Virus record (IMG/VR): IMGVR_UViG_2875683775_000003
Strand: one strand, 5' to 3'
Origin: a virus
Lineage: Duplodnaviria > Heunggongvirae > Uroviricota > Caudoviricetes
Length of the DNA stretch: 16,662 nt
Under the pieces are notes generated by a model. That model was given only the letters and a program-made list of their open reading frames with translations, searched no databases and was not told where the DNA came from. Both the position numbers and the translations under genes were made by a program. Positions 8,681 to 16,662 of the stretch are shown in pieces (position 1 is the first letter of the stretch; the number at the start of each line of letters is the position of its first letter).

Positions 8681-8990
8681 TTCTTCCCGGCAGTTTTCCT
8701 TTGTAGGTTATCCACACACCCTGCGCCTCTAAAATTATGGGGCGCTTTTCCGGTGACTGCTCATCCCCTTCACATAACCCTGCAGCAACATCCAGGAAGA
8801 CCTGTCTGATGCTCCTTCTGGCTGCTGCCTCATAAAACTCCAGCGCGGCACCTTCAACACGGTCCAGCGAGATGTCCAGGTCTAAAATTTCACCGTCAAA
8901 GCGTTTTTTGTCCCGTAACGCTAAAGTTACCGTAACTTTATTCTCAAAATTGCGGATCCCTTTCACAATCAGTTCATAGTTTTGAGTCAT
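8646..8990 (-). CDS. Hypothetical lysis-cassette protein, positional equivalent of ydfR (DUF1327) of Qin
   Basis: 114-aa ORF with a strong RBS (GGGGAGAG), starting 4 nt after the pinholin stop. In Qin, as I recall, a DUF1327 gene (ydfR) sits between holin and endolysin. Homology is not verified, and the C-terminal ~25 aa may be an altered tail. Confidence 0.55.
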   Translation of the reverse strand: MTQNYELIVKGIRNFENKVTVTLALRDKKRFDGEILDLDISLDRVEGAALEFYEAAARRSIRQVFLDVAAGLCEGDEQSPEKRPIILEAQGVWITYKGKLPGRITGSLKTPPKW

Positions 8991-8994
8991 TGAA

Positions 8995-9183
8995 TTACTC
9001 TCCCCGTGCAGCCTTACGCTTATCTTCTTTAATCTTGAAATAAAGATTTGTCAGATACGTCAACAGGCCAAACACCAGACTACCCAGCACACCTATTGCT
9101 GCCCACTGTGAGGGCGTGACTCTATCGAGCAACTGTAAAAACCAGTAGCCAGCACTGCCTGCGGAGGTGCCATAGGCGACACC
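8995..9183 (-). pseudogene. 5'-truncated S21-type pinholin gene
   Basis: The minus-strand frame encodes [62 protein letters not shown]-stop, which resembles the phage 21 pinholin from about residue 8 onward. Upstream in frame there is no ATG/GTG/TTG before a stop; the sequence runs into the ydaG RBS and start on the other strand. Confidence 0.65.
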
Positions 9184-9205
9184 CGGCGTTAAGGGGAGAG
9201 ATAAG

Positions 9206-9340
9206 ATGGTGCATTACGAAGTAGTTCAGTATTTGATGGATTGTTGCGGTATCACTTACAGCCCGGCTGTGCAGGCTTTACGTAGCAACGACTGGGATCT
9301 CTGGCAAGCAGAAGCCTCTATCCGCAACAACAAGATGTGA
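9206..9340 (+). CDS. ydaG: Small Rac early-region protein (44 aa)
   Basis: ATG at 9206 with RBS AAGGGGAGAG; 44 aa ([18 protein letters not shown]...). Below the ORF-track length cutoff. Symbol assigned from length and position as I recall K-12 Rac. Confidence 0.6.
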   Translation: MVHYEVVQYLMDCCGITYSPAVQALRSNDWDLWQAEASIRNNKM

Positions 9341-9350
9341 GGTGCGAAAA

Positions 9351-9506
9351 ATGCAAAAAATCGACCTCGGCAACAACGAATCCCTGGTGTGCGGCGTGTT
9401 CCCCAACCAGGATGGAACGTTCACTGCCATGACGTATACCAAAAGCAAAACATTTAAAACCGAAACTGGTGCGCGCCGATGGTTGGAGAAGCACACAGTA
9501 AGCTAA
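9351..9506 (+). CDS. ydaF: Small Rac early-region protein (51 aa)
   Basis: ATG at 9351 with RBS GAGGTG; 51 aa (MQKIDLGNNESLVCGVFPNQDG...). The 3' end overlaps the sieB 3' end (convergent). Symbol assigned from memory. Confidence 0.6.
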   Translation: MQKIDLGNNESLVCGVFPNQDGTFTAMTYTKSKTFKTETGARRWLEKHTVS

Positions 9507-9991
9507 CGATTAAAACGTCTACTCCTGCTGTTCCAGAATAACTTCATAAAATGGGAGTATTTTTCGGTGACGAGATAATAAGAACAGTTTGCGCTATCAC
9601 TCTGATGTTGAATGATGCCCTTCCGTTCTAATTTTTTCATAACCGGGTTACGGCAAGGAGAAGTGATAATAAGATTTCCTGTTTTAAGGAAATCTTTAAA
9701 TACAGCGATTTCTTTCTCAGATAAACGAAGCAATACTCGTTGCTCTGGTAGTAATGAATAATGCTTTTGAATATGCGCTCGCAATCTTGAGAAGGAAATG
9801 GCGACCACGAAAGAAAAGGCAAAAACGATAATCTGAAAGAGCCAAGGTATTTCAGTATAAGCATTGAATGCGACAGTAAACTCTTTCGGTATCAGCCAGA
9901 GAGTGAGACCAAAAATGATAATCGTATACATAAGTCTTTCGAGTGGCTCGTTAGCAAAAAGTTTCAACAATGGAGTAAATACATCCAACAT
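9503..9991 (-). CDS. sieB: Superinfection exclusion protein B
   Basis: 162 aa from ATG at 9991 (MLDVFTPLLKLFANEPLERLMYTIIIFGLTLWLIPKEF...). Membrane protein matching Rac SieB in length and sequence as I recall. The track ORF extends to 10114 as upstream read-through. Confidence 0.85.
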   Translation of the reverse strand: MLDVFTPLLKLFANEPLERLMYTIIIFGLTLWLIPKEFTVAFNAYTEIPWLFQIIVFAFSFVVAISFSRLRAHIQKHYSLLPEQRVLLRLSEKEIAVFKDFLKTGNLIITSPCRNPVMKKLERKGIIQHQSDSANCSYYLVTEKYSHFMKLFWNSRSRRFNR

Positions 9992-10432
9992 ATCAATAAC
10001 TCTCAACTGTAAGGGTATTGAAATGTTAACACAAGCTCTCGCTGTAGGGGTATAGCCGAGACCACCGAAGCCCGGAGGTGGTGAAATAAAACCGGGCACA
10101 ACACGAAGGCGCATTTCCGATATCCATAAAGAGTCGGTCTTGTCTGTTAAATTTAAATGGTGGGAGTGCGCCTCCGGTTGTAAATAACGACATTGCTGTG
10201 TGTAGTCCTGGCGGCATCAGTTTTTTTCTTGAAGTTCGGCTGATGTCCGCCCTTTTTAAAGTGAATTTTGTGATGCGGTGAATGCGGCTAAGCGCACGTG
10301 GCACAGTTAAAAGTCATGTTAGTCCTTATTGGTTTGGGTGGGAAAGCCGACTGTAATTGTTAACTGGTTGCAGTCACCTGGAGGCACCAGGCACCGCATC
10401 AACAAAGTTCATTTGTAAAAATGGAGATAATT

Positions 10433-10654
10433 ATGATTGCACATCACTTCGGAACTGATGAAATACCACGTCAGTGTGTGACTCCTGGCGATTATGTTCT
10501 TCATGAAGGCCGGACATATATTGCCTCGGCAAACAATATTAAAAAGCGAAAACTATATATTCGTAACCTGACCACAAAAACATGCATTACTGACCGCATG
10601 ATTAAAGTCTTCCTCGGTCGTGATGGTTTACCTGTAAAGGCGGAGTCATGGTGA
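10433..10654 (+). CDS. kilR: KilR, a cell-division (FtsZ) inhibitor of Rac
   Basis: 73 aa from ATG at 10433 ([35 protein letters not shown]...), RBS GGAG 6 nt upstream. Confidence 0.85.
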   Translation: MIAHHFGTDEIPRQCVTPGDYVLHEGRTYIASANNIKKRKLYIRNLTTKTCITDRMIKVFLGRDGLPVKAESW

Positions 10655-10824
10655 TGACTAAGAAAATAAAATGTGCTTACCACCTTTGCAAAAAAGACGT
10701 TGAAGAAAGCAAAGCTATTGAAAGAATGCTTCACTTCATGCACGGGATTTTATCAAAAGACGAACCGAGAAAATATTGCAGTGAAGCTTGTGCCGAAAAA
10801 GACCAGATGGCACATGAACTTTAA
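10654..10824 (+). CDS. ydaE: Small Cys/His-rich protein YdaE (putative metal-binding)
   Basis: 56 aa ([56 protein letters not shown]). The ATG overlaps the kilR stop (TGATGA). Below the ORF-track cutoff. Confidence 0.7.
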   Translation: MTKKIKCAYHLCKKDVEESKAIERMLHFMHGILSKDEPRKYCSEACAEKDQMAHEL

Positions 10825-10898
10825 TTAATTGACTATTCGAAACTGAATTTATGCCAGAAATGGCAGGTATTCGCTCAACCTTAATTAAGGAGAAAAAC

Positions 10899-11174
10899 AT
10901 GATTACCAATTATGAAGCCACTGTTGTAACTACCGATGACATTGTTCACGAGGTGAATCTGGAAGGAAAGCGCATTGGCTACGTAATTAAAACAGAAAAT
11001 AAAGAAACCCCATTCACTGTGGTTGATATCGATGGTCCATCAGGCAACGTAAAAACACTTGATGAAGGTGTCAAAAAAATGTGCCTGGTGCATATCGGAA
11101 AGAATCTGCCCGCAGAAAAAAAAGCCGAATTTCTGGCAACTCTAATTGCAATGAAATTAAAAGGTGAAATCTGA
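10899..11174 (+). CDS. racC: RacC protein
   Basis: 91 aa from ATG at 10899 (MITNYEATVVTTDDIVHEVN...), RBS AAGGAG 6 nt upstream. Confidence 0.8.
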   Translation: MITNYEATVVTTDDIVHEVNLEGKRIGYVIKTENKETPFTVVDIDGPSGNVKTLDEGVKKMCLVHIGKNLPAEKKAEFLATLIAMKLKGEI

Positions 11175-11179
11175 AAGAA

Positions 11180-11204
11180 ATAGCCTGCGTATGGCGCAGG
11201 CTAT
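11180..11204 (+). other. GC-rich stem-loop in the racC-recE intergenic region
   Basis: 10-bp perfect stem (ATAGCCTGCG / CGCAGGCTAT) with a 5-nt loop, 6 nt after the racC stop. No U-tract follows, so it is not a canonical intrinsic terminator. Confidence 0.45.
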
Positions 11205-11275
11205 GAACAGTGTGTATCCGGCAAGATCATTCACTGAACAAAACGAATTTTAATCTGAGTTGAGGTTAAAAAACA

Positions 11276-13876
11276 ATGAGCACAAAACCACTCTTCCTGT
11301 TACGGAAAGCGAAAAAATCATCCGGTGAACCTGACGTCGTCCTGTGGGCAAGCAACGATTTTGAATCGACCTGTGCCACTCTGGACTACCTGATCGTTAA
11401 GTCAGGTAAAAAACTGAGCAGCTATTTTAAAGCTGTTGCCACGAATTTTCCTGTCGTTAATGACCTGCCCGCTGAAGGTGAGATCGATTTTACCTGGAGT
11501 GAACGCTATCAACTCAGCAAAGACTCCATGACATGGGAACTAAAACCGGGAGCAGCACCAGACAACGCTCACTATCAAGGCAATACCAACGTCAACGGCG
11601 AAGACATGACTGAGATTGAGGAGAATATGCTACTCCCAATTTCTGGCCAGGAACTGCCCATTCGTTGGCTTGCTCAACACGGCAGCGAAAAACCGGTAAC
11701 GCACGTTTCACGCGACGGACTCCAGGCATTACACATTGCTCGGGCTGAAGAACTACCGGCTGTTACTGCCCTGGCTGTTTCCCACAAAACCAGCCTGCTC
11801 GACCCGCTGGAAATTCGCGAACTCCACAAACTGGTTCGTGACACTGACAAAGTTTTCCCTAATCCTGGTAATTCAAACCTGGGACTGATAACTGCTTTTT
11901 TCGAAGCATACCTGAACGCTGACTACACCGATCGAGGACTGCTGACAAAAGAGTGGATGAAGGGTAATCGTGTTTCACACATCACTCGCACGGCTTCCGG
12001 TGCTAATGCTGGCGGCGGAAACCTCACCGATCGCGGCGAAGGTTTCGTACACGATCTGACGTCACTGGCGCGCGACGTAGCCACTGGCGTACTGGCCCGT
12101 TCAATGGATCTGGACATCTATAACCTTCATCCGGCACACGCTAAACGCATTGAGGAAATTATCGCTGAAAATAAACCGCCCTTTTCTGTTTTCCGCGACA
12201 AATTCATCACCATGCCTGGCGGGCTGGATTATTCCCGCGCCATCGTGGTTGCGTCCGTAAAAGAAGCACCAATTGGGATCGAGGTCATCCCCGCGCACGT
12301 CACTGAATATCTGAACAAAGTACTGACTGAAACCGATCATGCCAACCCTGATCCGGAAATCGTGGATATTGCCTGCGGTCGCTCCTCTGCCCCGATGCCG
12401 CAGCGAGTAACAGAAGAAGGAAAACAGGATGATGAAGAAAAACCGCAACCATCTGGAACAACGGCAGTTGAACAGGGAGAGGCTGAAACAATGGAACCGG
12501 ACGCAACTGAACATCATCAGGACACGCAGCCGCTGGATGCTCAGTCACAGGTAAATTCTGTTGATGCGAAATATCAGGAACTGCGGGCAGAACTCCATGA
12601 AGCCCGGAAAAACATTCCATCAAAAAATCCTGTCGATGCCGATAAATTGCTTGCTGCATCACGTGGTGAATTTGTTGACGGAATTAGCGACCCGAACGAT
12701 CCGAAATGGGTAAAGGGGATCCAGACTCGCGATTGTGTGTACCAGAACCAGCCAGAAACGGAAAAAACCAGCCCAGATATGAATCAACCTGAGCCAGTAG
12801 TGCAACAGGAACCGGAAATAGCCTGCAATGCCTGCGGCCAGACTGGCGGGGATAACTGCCCTGACTGTGGTGCGGTGATGGGCGACGCAACATACCAGGA
12901 AACATTCGATGAAGAGAGTCAGGTTGAAGCTAAGGAAAATGATCCGGAGGAAATGGAAGGCGCTGAACATCCGCACAATGAGAATGCTGGCAGCGATCCG
13001 CATCGCGATTGCAGTGATGAAACTGGCGAAGTCGCAGATCCCGTAATCGTAGAAGACATAGAGCCAGGTATTTATTACGGAATTTCGAATGAGAATTACC
13101 ACGCGGGTCCCGGTATCAGTAAGTCTCAGCTCGATGACATTGCTGATACTCCGGCACTATATTTGTGGCGTAAAAATGCCCCCGTGGACACCACAAAGAC
13201 AAAAACGCTCGATTTAGGAACTGCTTTCCACTGCCGGGTACTTGAACCGGAAGAATTCAGTAACCGCTTTATCGTAGCACCTGAATTTAACCGCCGTACA
13301 AACGCCGGAAAAGAAGAAGAGAAAGCGTTTCTGATGGAATGCGCAAGCACAGGAAAAACGGTTATCACTGCGGAAGAAGGCCGGAAAATTGAACTCATGT
13401 ATCAAAGCGTTATGGCTTTGCCGCTGGGGCAATGGCTTGTTGAAAGCGCCGGACACGCTGAATCATCAATTTACTGGGAAGATCCTGAAACAGGAATTTT
13501 GTGTCGGTGCCGTCCGGACAAAATTATCCCTGAATTTCACTGGATCATGGACGTGAAAACTACGGCGGATATTCAACGATTCAAAACCGCTTATTACGAC
13601 TACCGCTATCACGTTCAGGATGCATTCTACAGTGACGGTTATGAAGCACAGTTTGGAGTGCAGCCAACTTTCGTTTTTCTGGTTGCCAGCACAACTATTG
13701 AATGCGGACGTTATCCGGTTGAAATTTTCATGATGGGCGAAGAAGCAAAACTGGCAGGTCAACAGGAATATCACCGCAATCTGCGAACCCTGTCTGACTG
13801 CCTGAATACCGATGAATGGCCAGCTATTAAGACATTATCACTACCCCGCTGGGCTAAGGAATATGCAAATGACTAA
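11276..13876 (+). CDS. recE: Exodeoxyribonuclease VIII (RecE), full length
   Basis: 866-aa ORF with RBS TGAGG. Central acidic low-complexity region and C-terminal nuclease domain. Length and sequence match RecE of Rac. Confidence 0.95.
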   Translation: MSTKPLFLLRKAKKSSGEPDVVLWASNDFESTCATLDYLIVKSGKKLSSYFKAVATNFPVVNDLPAEGEIDFTWSERYQLSKDSMTWELKPGAAPDNAHYQGNTNVNGEDMTEIEENMLLPISGQELPIRWLAQHGSEKPVTHVSRDGLQALHIARAEELPAVTALAVSHKTSLLDPLEIRELHKLVRDTDKVFPNPGNSNLGLITAFFEAYLNADYTDRGLLTKEWMKGNRVSHITRTASGANAGGGNLTDRGEGFVHDLTSLARDVATGVLARSMDLDIYNLHPAHAKRIEEIIAENKPPFSVFRDKFITMPGGLDYSRAIVVASVKEAPIGIEVIPAHVTEYLNKVLTETDHANPDPEIVDIACGRSSAPMPQRVTEEGKQDDEEKPQPSGTTAVEQGEAETMEPDATEHHQDTQPLDAQSQVNSVDAKYQELRAELHEARKNIPSKNPVDADKLLAASRGEFVDGISDPNDPKWVKGIQTRDCVYQNQPETEKTSPDMNQPEPVVQQEPEIACNACGQTGGDNCPDCGAVMGDATYQETFDEESQVEAKENDPEEMEGAEHPHNENAGSDPHRDCSDETGEVADPVIVEDIEPGIYYGISNENYHAGPGISKSQLDDIADTPALYLWRKNAPVDTTKTKTLDLGTAFHCRVLEPEEFSNRFIVAPEFNRRTNAGKEEEKAFLMECASTGKTVITAEEGRKIELMYQSVMALPLGQWLVESAGHAESSIYWEDPETGILCRCRPDKIIPEFHWIMDVKTTADIQRFKTAYYDYRYHVQDAFYSDGYEAQFGVQPTFVFLVASTTIECGRYPVEIFMMGEEAKLAGQQEYHRNLRTLSDCLNTDEWPAIKTLSLPRWAKEYAND

Positions 13877-14678
13877 GCAACCACCAATCGCAAAAGCCGA
13901 TCTGCAAAAAACTCAGGGAAACCGTGCACCAGCAGCAGTTAAAAATAGCGACGTGATTAGTTTTATTAACCAGCCATCAATGAAAGAGCAACTGGCAGCA
14001 GCTCTTCCACGCCATATGACGGCTGAACGTATGATCCGTATCGCCACCACAGAAATTCGTAAAGTTCCGGCGTTAGGAAACTGTGACACTATGAGTTTTG
14101 TCAGTGCGATCGTACAGTGTTCACAGCTCGGACTTGAGCCAGGTAGCGCCCTCGGTCATGCATATTTACTGCCTTTTGGTAATAAAAACGAAAAGAGCGG
14201 TAAAAAGAACGTTCAGCTAATCATTGGCTATCGCGGCATGATTGATCTGGCTCGCCGTTCTGGTCAAATCGCCAGCCTGTCAGCCCGTGTTGTCCGTGAA
14301 GGTGACGAGTTTAGCTTCGAATTTGGCCTTGATGAAAAGTTAATACACCGCCCGGGAGAAAACGAAGATGCCCCGGTTACCCACGTCTATGCTGTCGCAA
14401 GACTGAAAGACGGAGGTACTCAGTTTGAAGTTATGACGCGCAAACAGATTGAGCTGGTGCGCAGCCTGAGTAAAGCTGGTAATAACGGGCCGTGGGTAAC
14501 TCACTGGGAAGAAATGGCAAAGAAAACGGCTATTCGTCGCCTGTTCAAATATCTGCCCGTATCAATTGAGATCCAGCGTGCAGTATCAATGGATGAAAAG
14601 GAACCACTGACAATCGATCCTGCAGATTCCTCTGTATTAACCGGGGAATACAGTGTAATCGATAATTCAGAGGAATAA
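13869..14678 (+). CDS. recT: RecT single-strand annealing protein
   Basis: 269 aa from ATG at 13869 ([18 protein letters not shown]...), overlapping the recE stop by 8 nt. The track ORF start at 13812 lies upstream inside recE. Confidence 0.95.
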   Translation: MTKQPPIAKADLQKTQGNRAPAAVKNSDVISFINQPSMKEQLAAALPRHMTAERMIRIATTEIRKVPALGNCDTMSFVSAIVQCSQLGLEPGSALGHAYLLPFGNKNEKSGKKNVQLIIGYRGMIDLARRSGQIASLSARVVREGDEFSFEFGLDEKLIHRPGENEDAPVTHVYAVARLKDGGTQFEVMTRKQIELVRSLSKAGNNGPWVTHWEEMAKKTAIRRLFKYLPVSIEIQRAVSMDEKEPLTIDPADSSVLTGEYSVIDNSEE

Positions 14679-14685
14679 TTCAGCC

Positions 14686-14724
14686 TGGCGGTGTAATGCA
14701 CCGCCAACTTGAAATATTTTTTAT
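14686..14724 (+). terminator. Candidate terminator/attenuator hairpin between recT and ralR
   Basis: 8-bp stem TGGCGGTG / CACCGCCA with a 5-nt loop, followed 9 nt later by TATTTTTT. The spacer is longer than ideal, so this is tentative. Confidence 0.4.
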
Positions 14725-14734
14725 GAGAAAAATT

Positions 14735-14929
14735 ATGAGATATGACAATGTTAAACCATGTCCATTTTGTGGTTGTCCATCAGTAACGGTGAAAGCCATT
14801 TCAGGATATTACCGAGCGAAGTGTAACGGATGCGAATCCCGAACCGGTTATGGTGGAAGTGAAAAAGAAGCACTCGAAAGATGGAATAAACGAACCACTG
14901 GAAATAATAATGGAGGTGTTCATGTATAA
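14735..14929 (+). CDS. ralR: RalR, a small DNase toxin of a type I toxin-antitoxin pair (restriction alleviation)
   Basis: 64 aa from ATG at 14735 (MRYDNVKPCPFCGCPSVTVKAISGYYRAKCNGCESRTGYGGSEKEALERWNKRTTGNNNGGVHV). An in-frame ATG at 14723 would add 4 residues. Confidence 0.85.
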   Translation: MRYDNVKPCPFCGCPSVTVKAISGYYRAKCNGCESRTGYGGSEKEALERWNKRTTGNNNGGVHV

Positions 14930-15131
14930 AATTACCGCCACTATTGAAAAGGAAGGTGGCACTCCTACTAACTGGACAAGATATTCAAAATCTAAACTAA
15001 CGAAATCAGAATGCGAAAAAATGCTCTCAGGTAAAAAAGAAGCAGGCGTTTCCAGAGAGCAGAAAGTAAAACTGATAAATTTTAATTGCGAGAAACTTCA
15101 GCCCTCGAGAATTGCATTGTATTCAAATTAA
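14922..15131 (+). CDS. ydaC: Small Rac protein YdaC
   Basis: 69 aa from ATG at 14922 (MYKITATIEKEGGTPTNW...), RBS GGAGG 5 nt upstream. Overlaps the ralR 3' end by 8 nt. Confidence 0.75.
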   Translation: MYKITATIEKEGGTPTNWTRYSKSKLTKSECEKMLSGKKEAGVSREQKVKLINFNCEKLQPSRIALYSN

Positions 15132-15209
15132 AACTTCATAGCTGATTATTAATAATCAACATCGGGCGTCAATTTCAGTCTAACATTGGCGCCTGCCAGA
15201 GGTGATGCG

Positions 15210-15425
15210 ATGGCACAAGTAATCTTTAATGAAGAGTGGATGGTTGAATACGGCCTGATGCTTCGCACTGGTCTGGGGGCCAGACAAATTGAAGCATACC
15301 GCCAGAACTGTTGGGTGGAGGGCTTCCACTTCAAACGAGTATCTCCTTTAGGTAAGCCAGACAGCAAACGAGGGATTATCTGGTACAACTATCCAAAGAT
15401 AAATCAGTTTATCAAAGACTCATGA
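15210..15425 (+). CDS. xisR: Excisionase-like protein
   Basis: 71 aa from ATG at 15210 ([35 protein letters not shown]...), RBS AGAGGTG. Its stop lies 1 nt before the integrase ATG. Confidence 0.8.
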   Translation: MAQVIFNEEWMVEYGLMLRTGLGARQIEAYRQNCWVEGFHFKRVSPLGKPDSKRGIIWYNYPKINQFIKDS

Positions 15426-15426
15426 T

Positions 15427-16662
15427 ATGTCTAAATTACCAACAGGTGTCGAGATTAGAGGTAGATACATTCGCATCTGGTTCATGTTTCGAGGAAAACG
15501 ATGTCGGGAAACATTAAAAGGCTGGGAGATTACAAACAGTAATATTAAAAAGGCCGGAAATTTAAGATCGCTGATAGTTCATGAAATAAACTCCGGTGAA
15601 TTTGAGTATTTAAGACGTTTTCCCCAGTCCAGCACTGGGGCAAAAATGGTGACAACGAGAGTCATAAAAACGTTCGGAGAGCTTTGTGATATCTGGACAA
15701 AAATTAAAGAGACAGAGTTAACAACAAACACAATGAAGAAAACGAAATCACAATTAAAAACACTCAGAATAATAATTTGTGAAAGTACCCCGATATCACA
15801 TATTCGTTATAGCGATATCTTAAACTACCGGAATGAACTGCTGCATGGAGAAACGCTTTACCTGGATAATCCAAGATCCAACAAAAAAGGAAGAACCGTG
15901 CGCACAGTTGATAACTATATCGCCCTGCTCTGTTCGCTGTTGCGTTTTGCGTATCAGTCGGGATTTATATCAACTAAACCATTTGAAGGAGTAAAAAAAT
16001 TACAGCGAAACAGAATAAAGCCTGATCCGTTATCTAAAACAGAATTCAATGCATTAATGGAAAGTGAAAAAGGACAGAGCCAGAACTTGTGGAAATTTGC
16101 CGTTTACTCAGGACTTCGTCACGGGGAACTGGCAGCTCTGGCGTGGGAGGATGTGGATCTCGAAAAGGGAATAGTGAATGTCAGAAGAAACCTGACGATA
16201 CTTGATATGTTCGGTCCCCCAAAAACAAATGCCGGGATCCGAACAGTAACACTACTGCAGCCTGCTCTTGAAGCACTGAAGGAGCAATACAAACTGACCG
16301 GGCATCATCGCAAAAGCGAAATCACCTTTTATCATCGGGAGTACGGCAGAACCGAAAAGCAAAAACTGCATTTTGTTTTCATGCCCAGGGTGTGTAACGG
16401 AAAACAAAAACCTTATTACTCGGTAAGCAGTTTGGGGGCAAGGTGGAATGCAGCAGTAAAACGTGCTGGTATTCGCCGCCGTAATCCGTACCATACGCGG
16501 CATACTTTTGCCTGCTGGCTGTTGACGGCAGGAGCGAACCCGGCATTTATAGCCAGCCAAATGGGGCATGAAACTGCGCAGATGGTGTATGAAATTTACG
16601 GTATGTGGATTGATGACATGAACGACGAACAGATAGCCATGTTGAATGCGCGGTTATCGTAG
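15427..16662 (+). CDS. intR: Tyrosine integrase of the Rac prophage
   Basis: 411-aa ORF. C-terminal tyrosine-recombinase region with conserved R...H..R...Y residues (...HTRHTFACWLL... and ...YEIYGMW...). The stop codon is the last codon of the window. Confidence 0.95.
   Translation: MSKLPTGVEIRGRYIRIWFMFRGKRCRETLKGWEITNSNIKKAGNLRSLIVHEINSGEFEYLRRFPQSSTGAKMVTTRVIKTFGELCDIWTKIKETELTTNTMKKTKSQLKTLRIIICESTPISHIRYSDILNYRNELLHGETLYLDNPRSNKKGRTVRTVDNYIALLCSLLRFAYQSGFISTKPFEGVKKLQRNRIKPDPLSKTEFNALMESEKGQSQNLWKFAVYSGLRHGELAALAWEDVDLEKGIVNVRRNLTILDMFGPPKTNAGIRTVTLLQPALEALKEQYKLTGHHRKSEITFYHREYGRTEKQKLHFVFMPRVCNGKQKPYYSVSSLGARWNAAVKRAGIRRRNPYHTRHTFACWLLTAGANPAFIASQMGHETAQMVYEIYGMWIDDMNDEQIAMLNARLS

Noticed and set aside
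8383-8715. Minus-strand 110-aa ORF between the DUF1327-like gene and the endolysin
   Set aside because: Cys/Ser-rich implausible product. The plus-strand frame over the same interval has far better coding character and an RBS.
9278-9496. Minus-strand 72-aa ORF
   Set aside because: Antisense to the small plus-strand genes ydaG and ydaF, which have strong RBSs and tight spacing. Product is not protein-like.
10026-10304. Minus-strand 92-aa ORF and the track's upstream extension of sieB to 10114
   Set aside because: SieB has a well-defined 162-aa form starting at the ATG at 9991. The extension and the 92-aa ORF are GC-rich read-through with Pro/Arg-rich products. Treated as the regulatory interval.
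11923-13774. Several minus-strand ORFs (64-147 aa) antisense to recE
   Set aside because: Embedded in a gene of high-confidence identity. Products are Cys/Phe/Arg-rich with no RBS pattern. Typical antisense shadow ORFs.
1-16662. CRISPR arrays, tRNA or rRNA genes, insertion sequences
   Set aside because: No regularly spaced direct repeats, no cloverleaf-compatible segments and no transposase-like ORFs or terminal inverted repeats were seen. Absence is by inspection only.

Overview
The window reads as a mosaic, deletion-derived Rac-like lambdoid prophage remnant of E. coli type. Identifications rest on reading the translated ORFs and on recollection of the K-12 Rac, Qin and DLP12 prophages; no database search was run. 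Left to right: ynaE-like small protein, PinR-type serine recombinase, then a minus-strand block (3' Tfa remnant, two small tightly coupled genes, side tail fibre with a conserved N-terminus and divergent C-terminal tip, a coiled-coil protein, a ParB-like nuclease-domain protein, a frameshifted trkG potassium-transporter moron, and a P21/DLP12-type lysis cassette whose pinholin has lost its 5' end). This abuts a plus-strand early-left operon (ydaG, ydaF, kilR, ydaE, racC, recE, recT, ralR, ydaC, xisR, intR) with sieB on the opposite strand. The immunity/replication genes (racR, ydaS-V) and all head and tail-shaft genes are absent, and the integrase stop codon is the last base of the window, so the att site lies outside it. 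No rRNA, tRNA or CRISPR array was seen. I did not find a clearly novel system; the best candidates for uncharacterised biology are the two small genes coupled to the tail fibre, the antisense ORF inside the lysis cassette, and the ParB-like/coiled-coil pair. Coordinates near 7740-7800 may be off by one base, because my hand translation and the ORF track disagreed there; I used the track.
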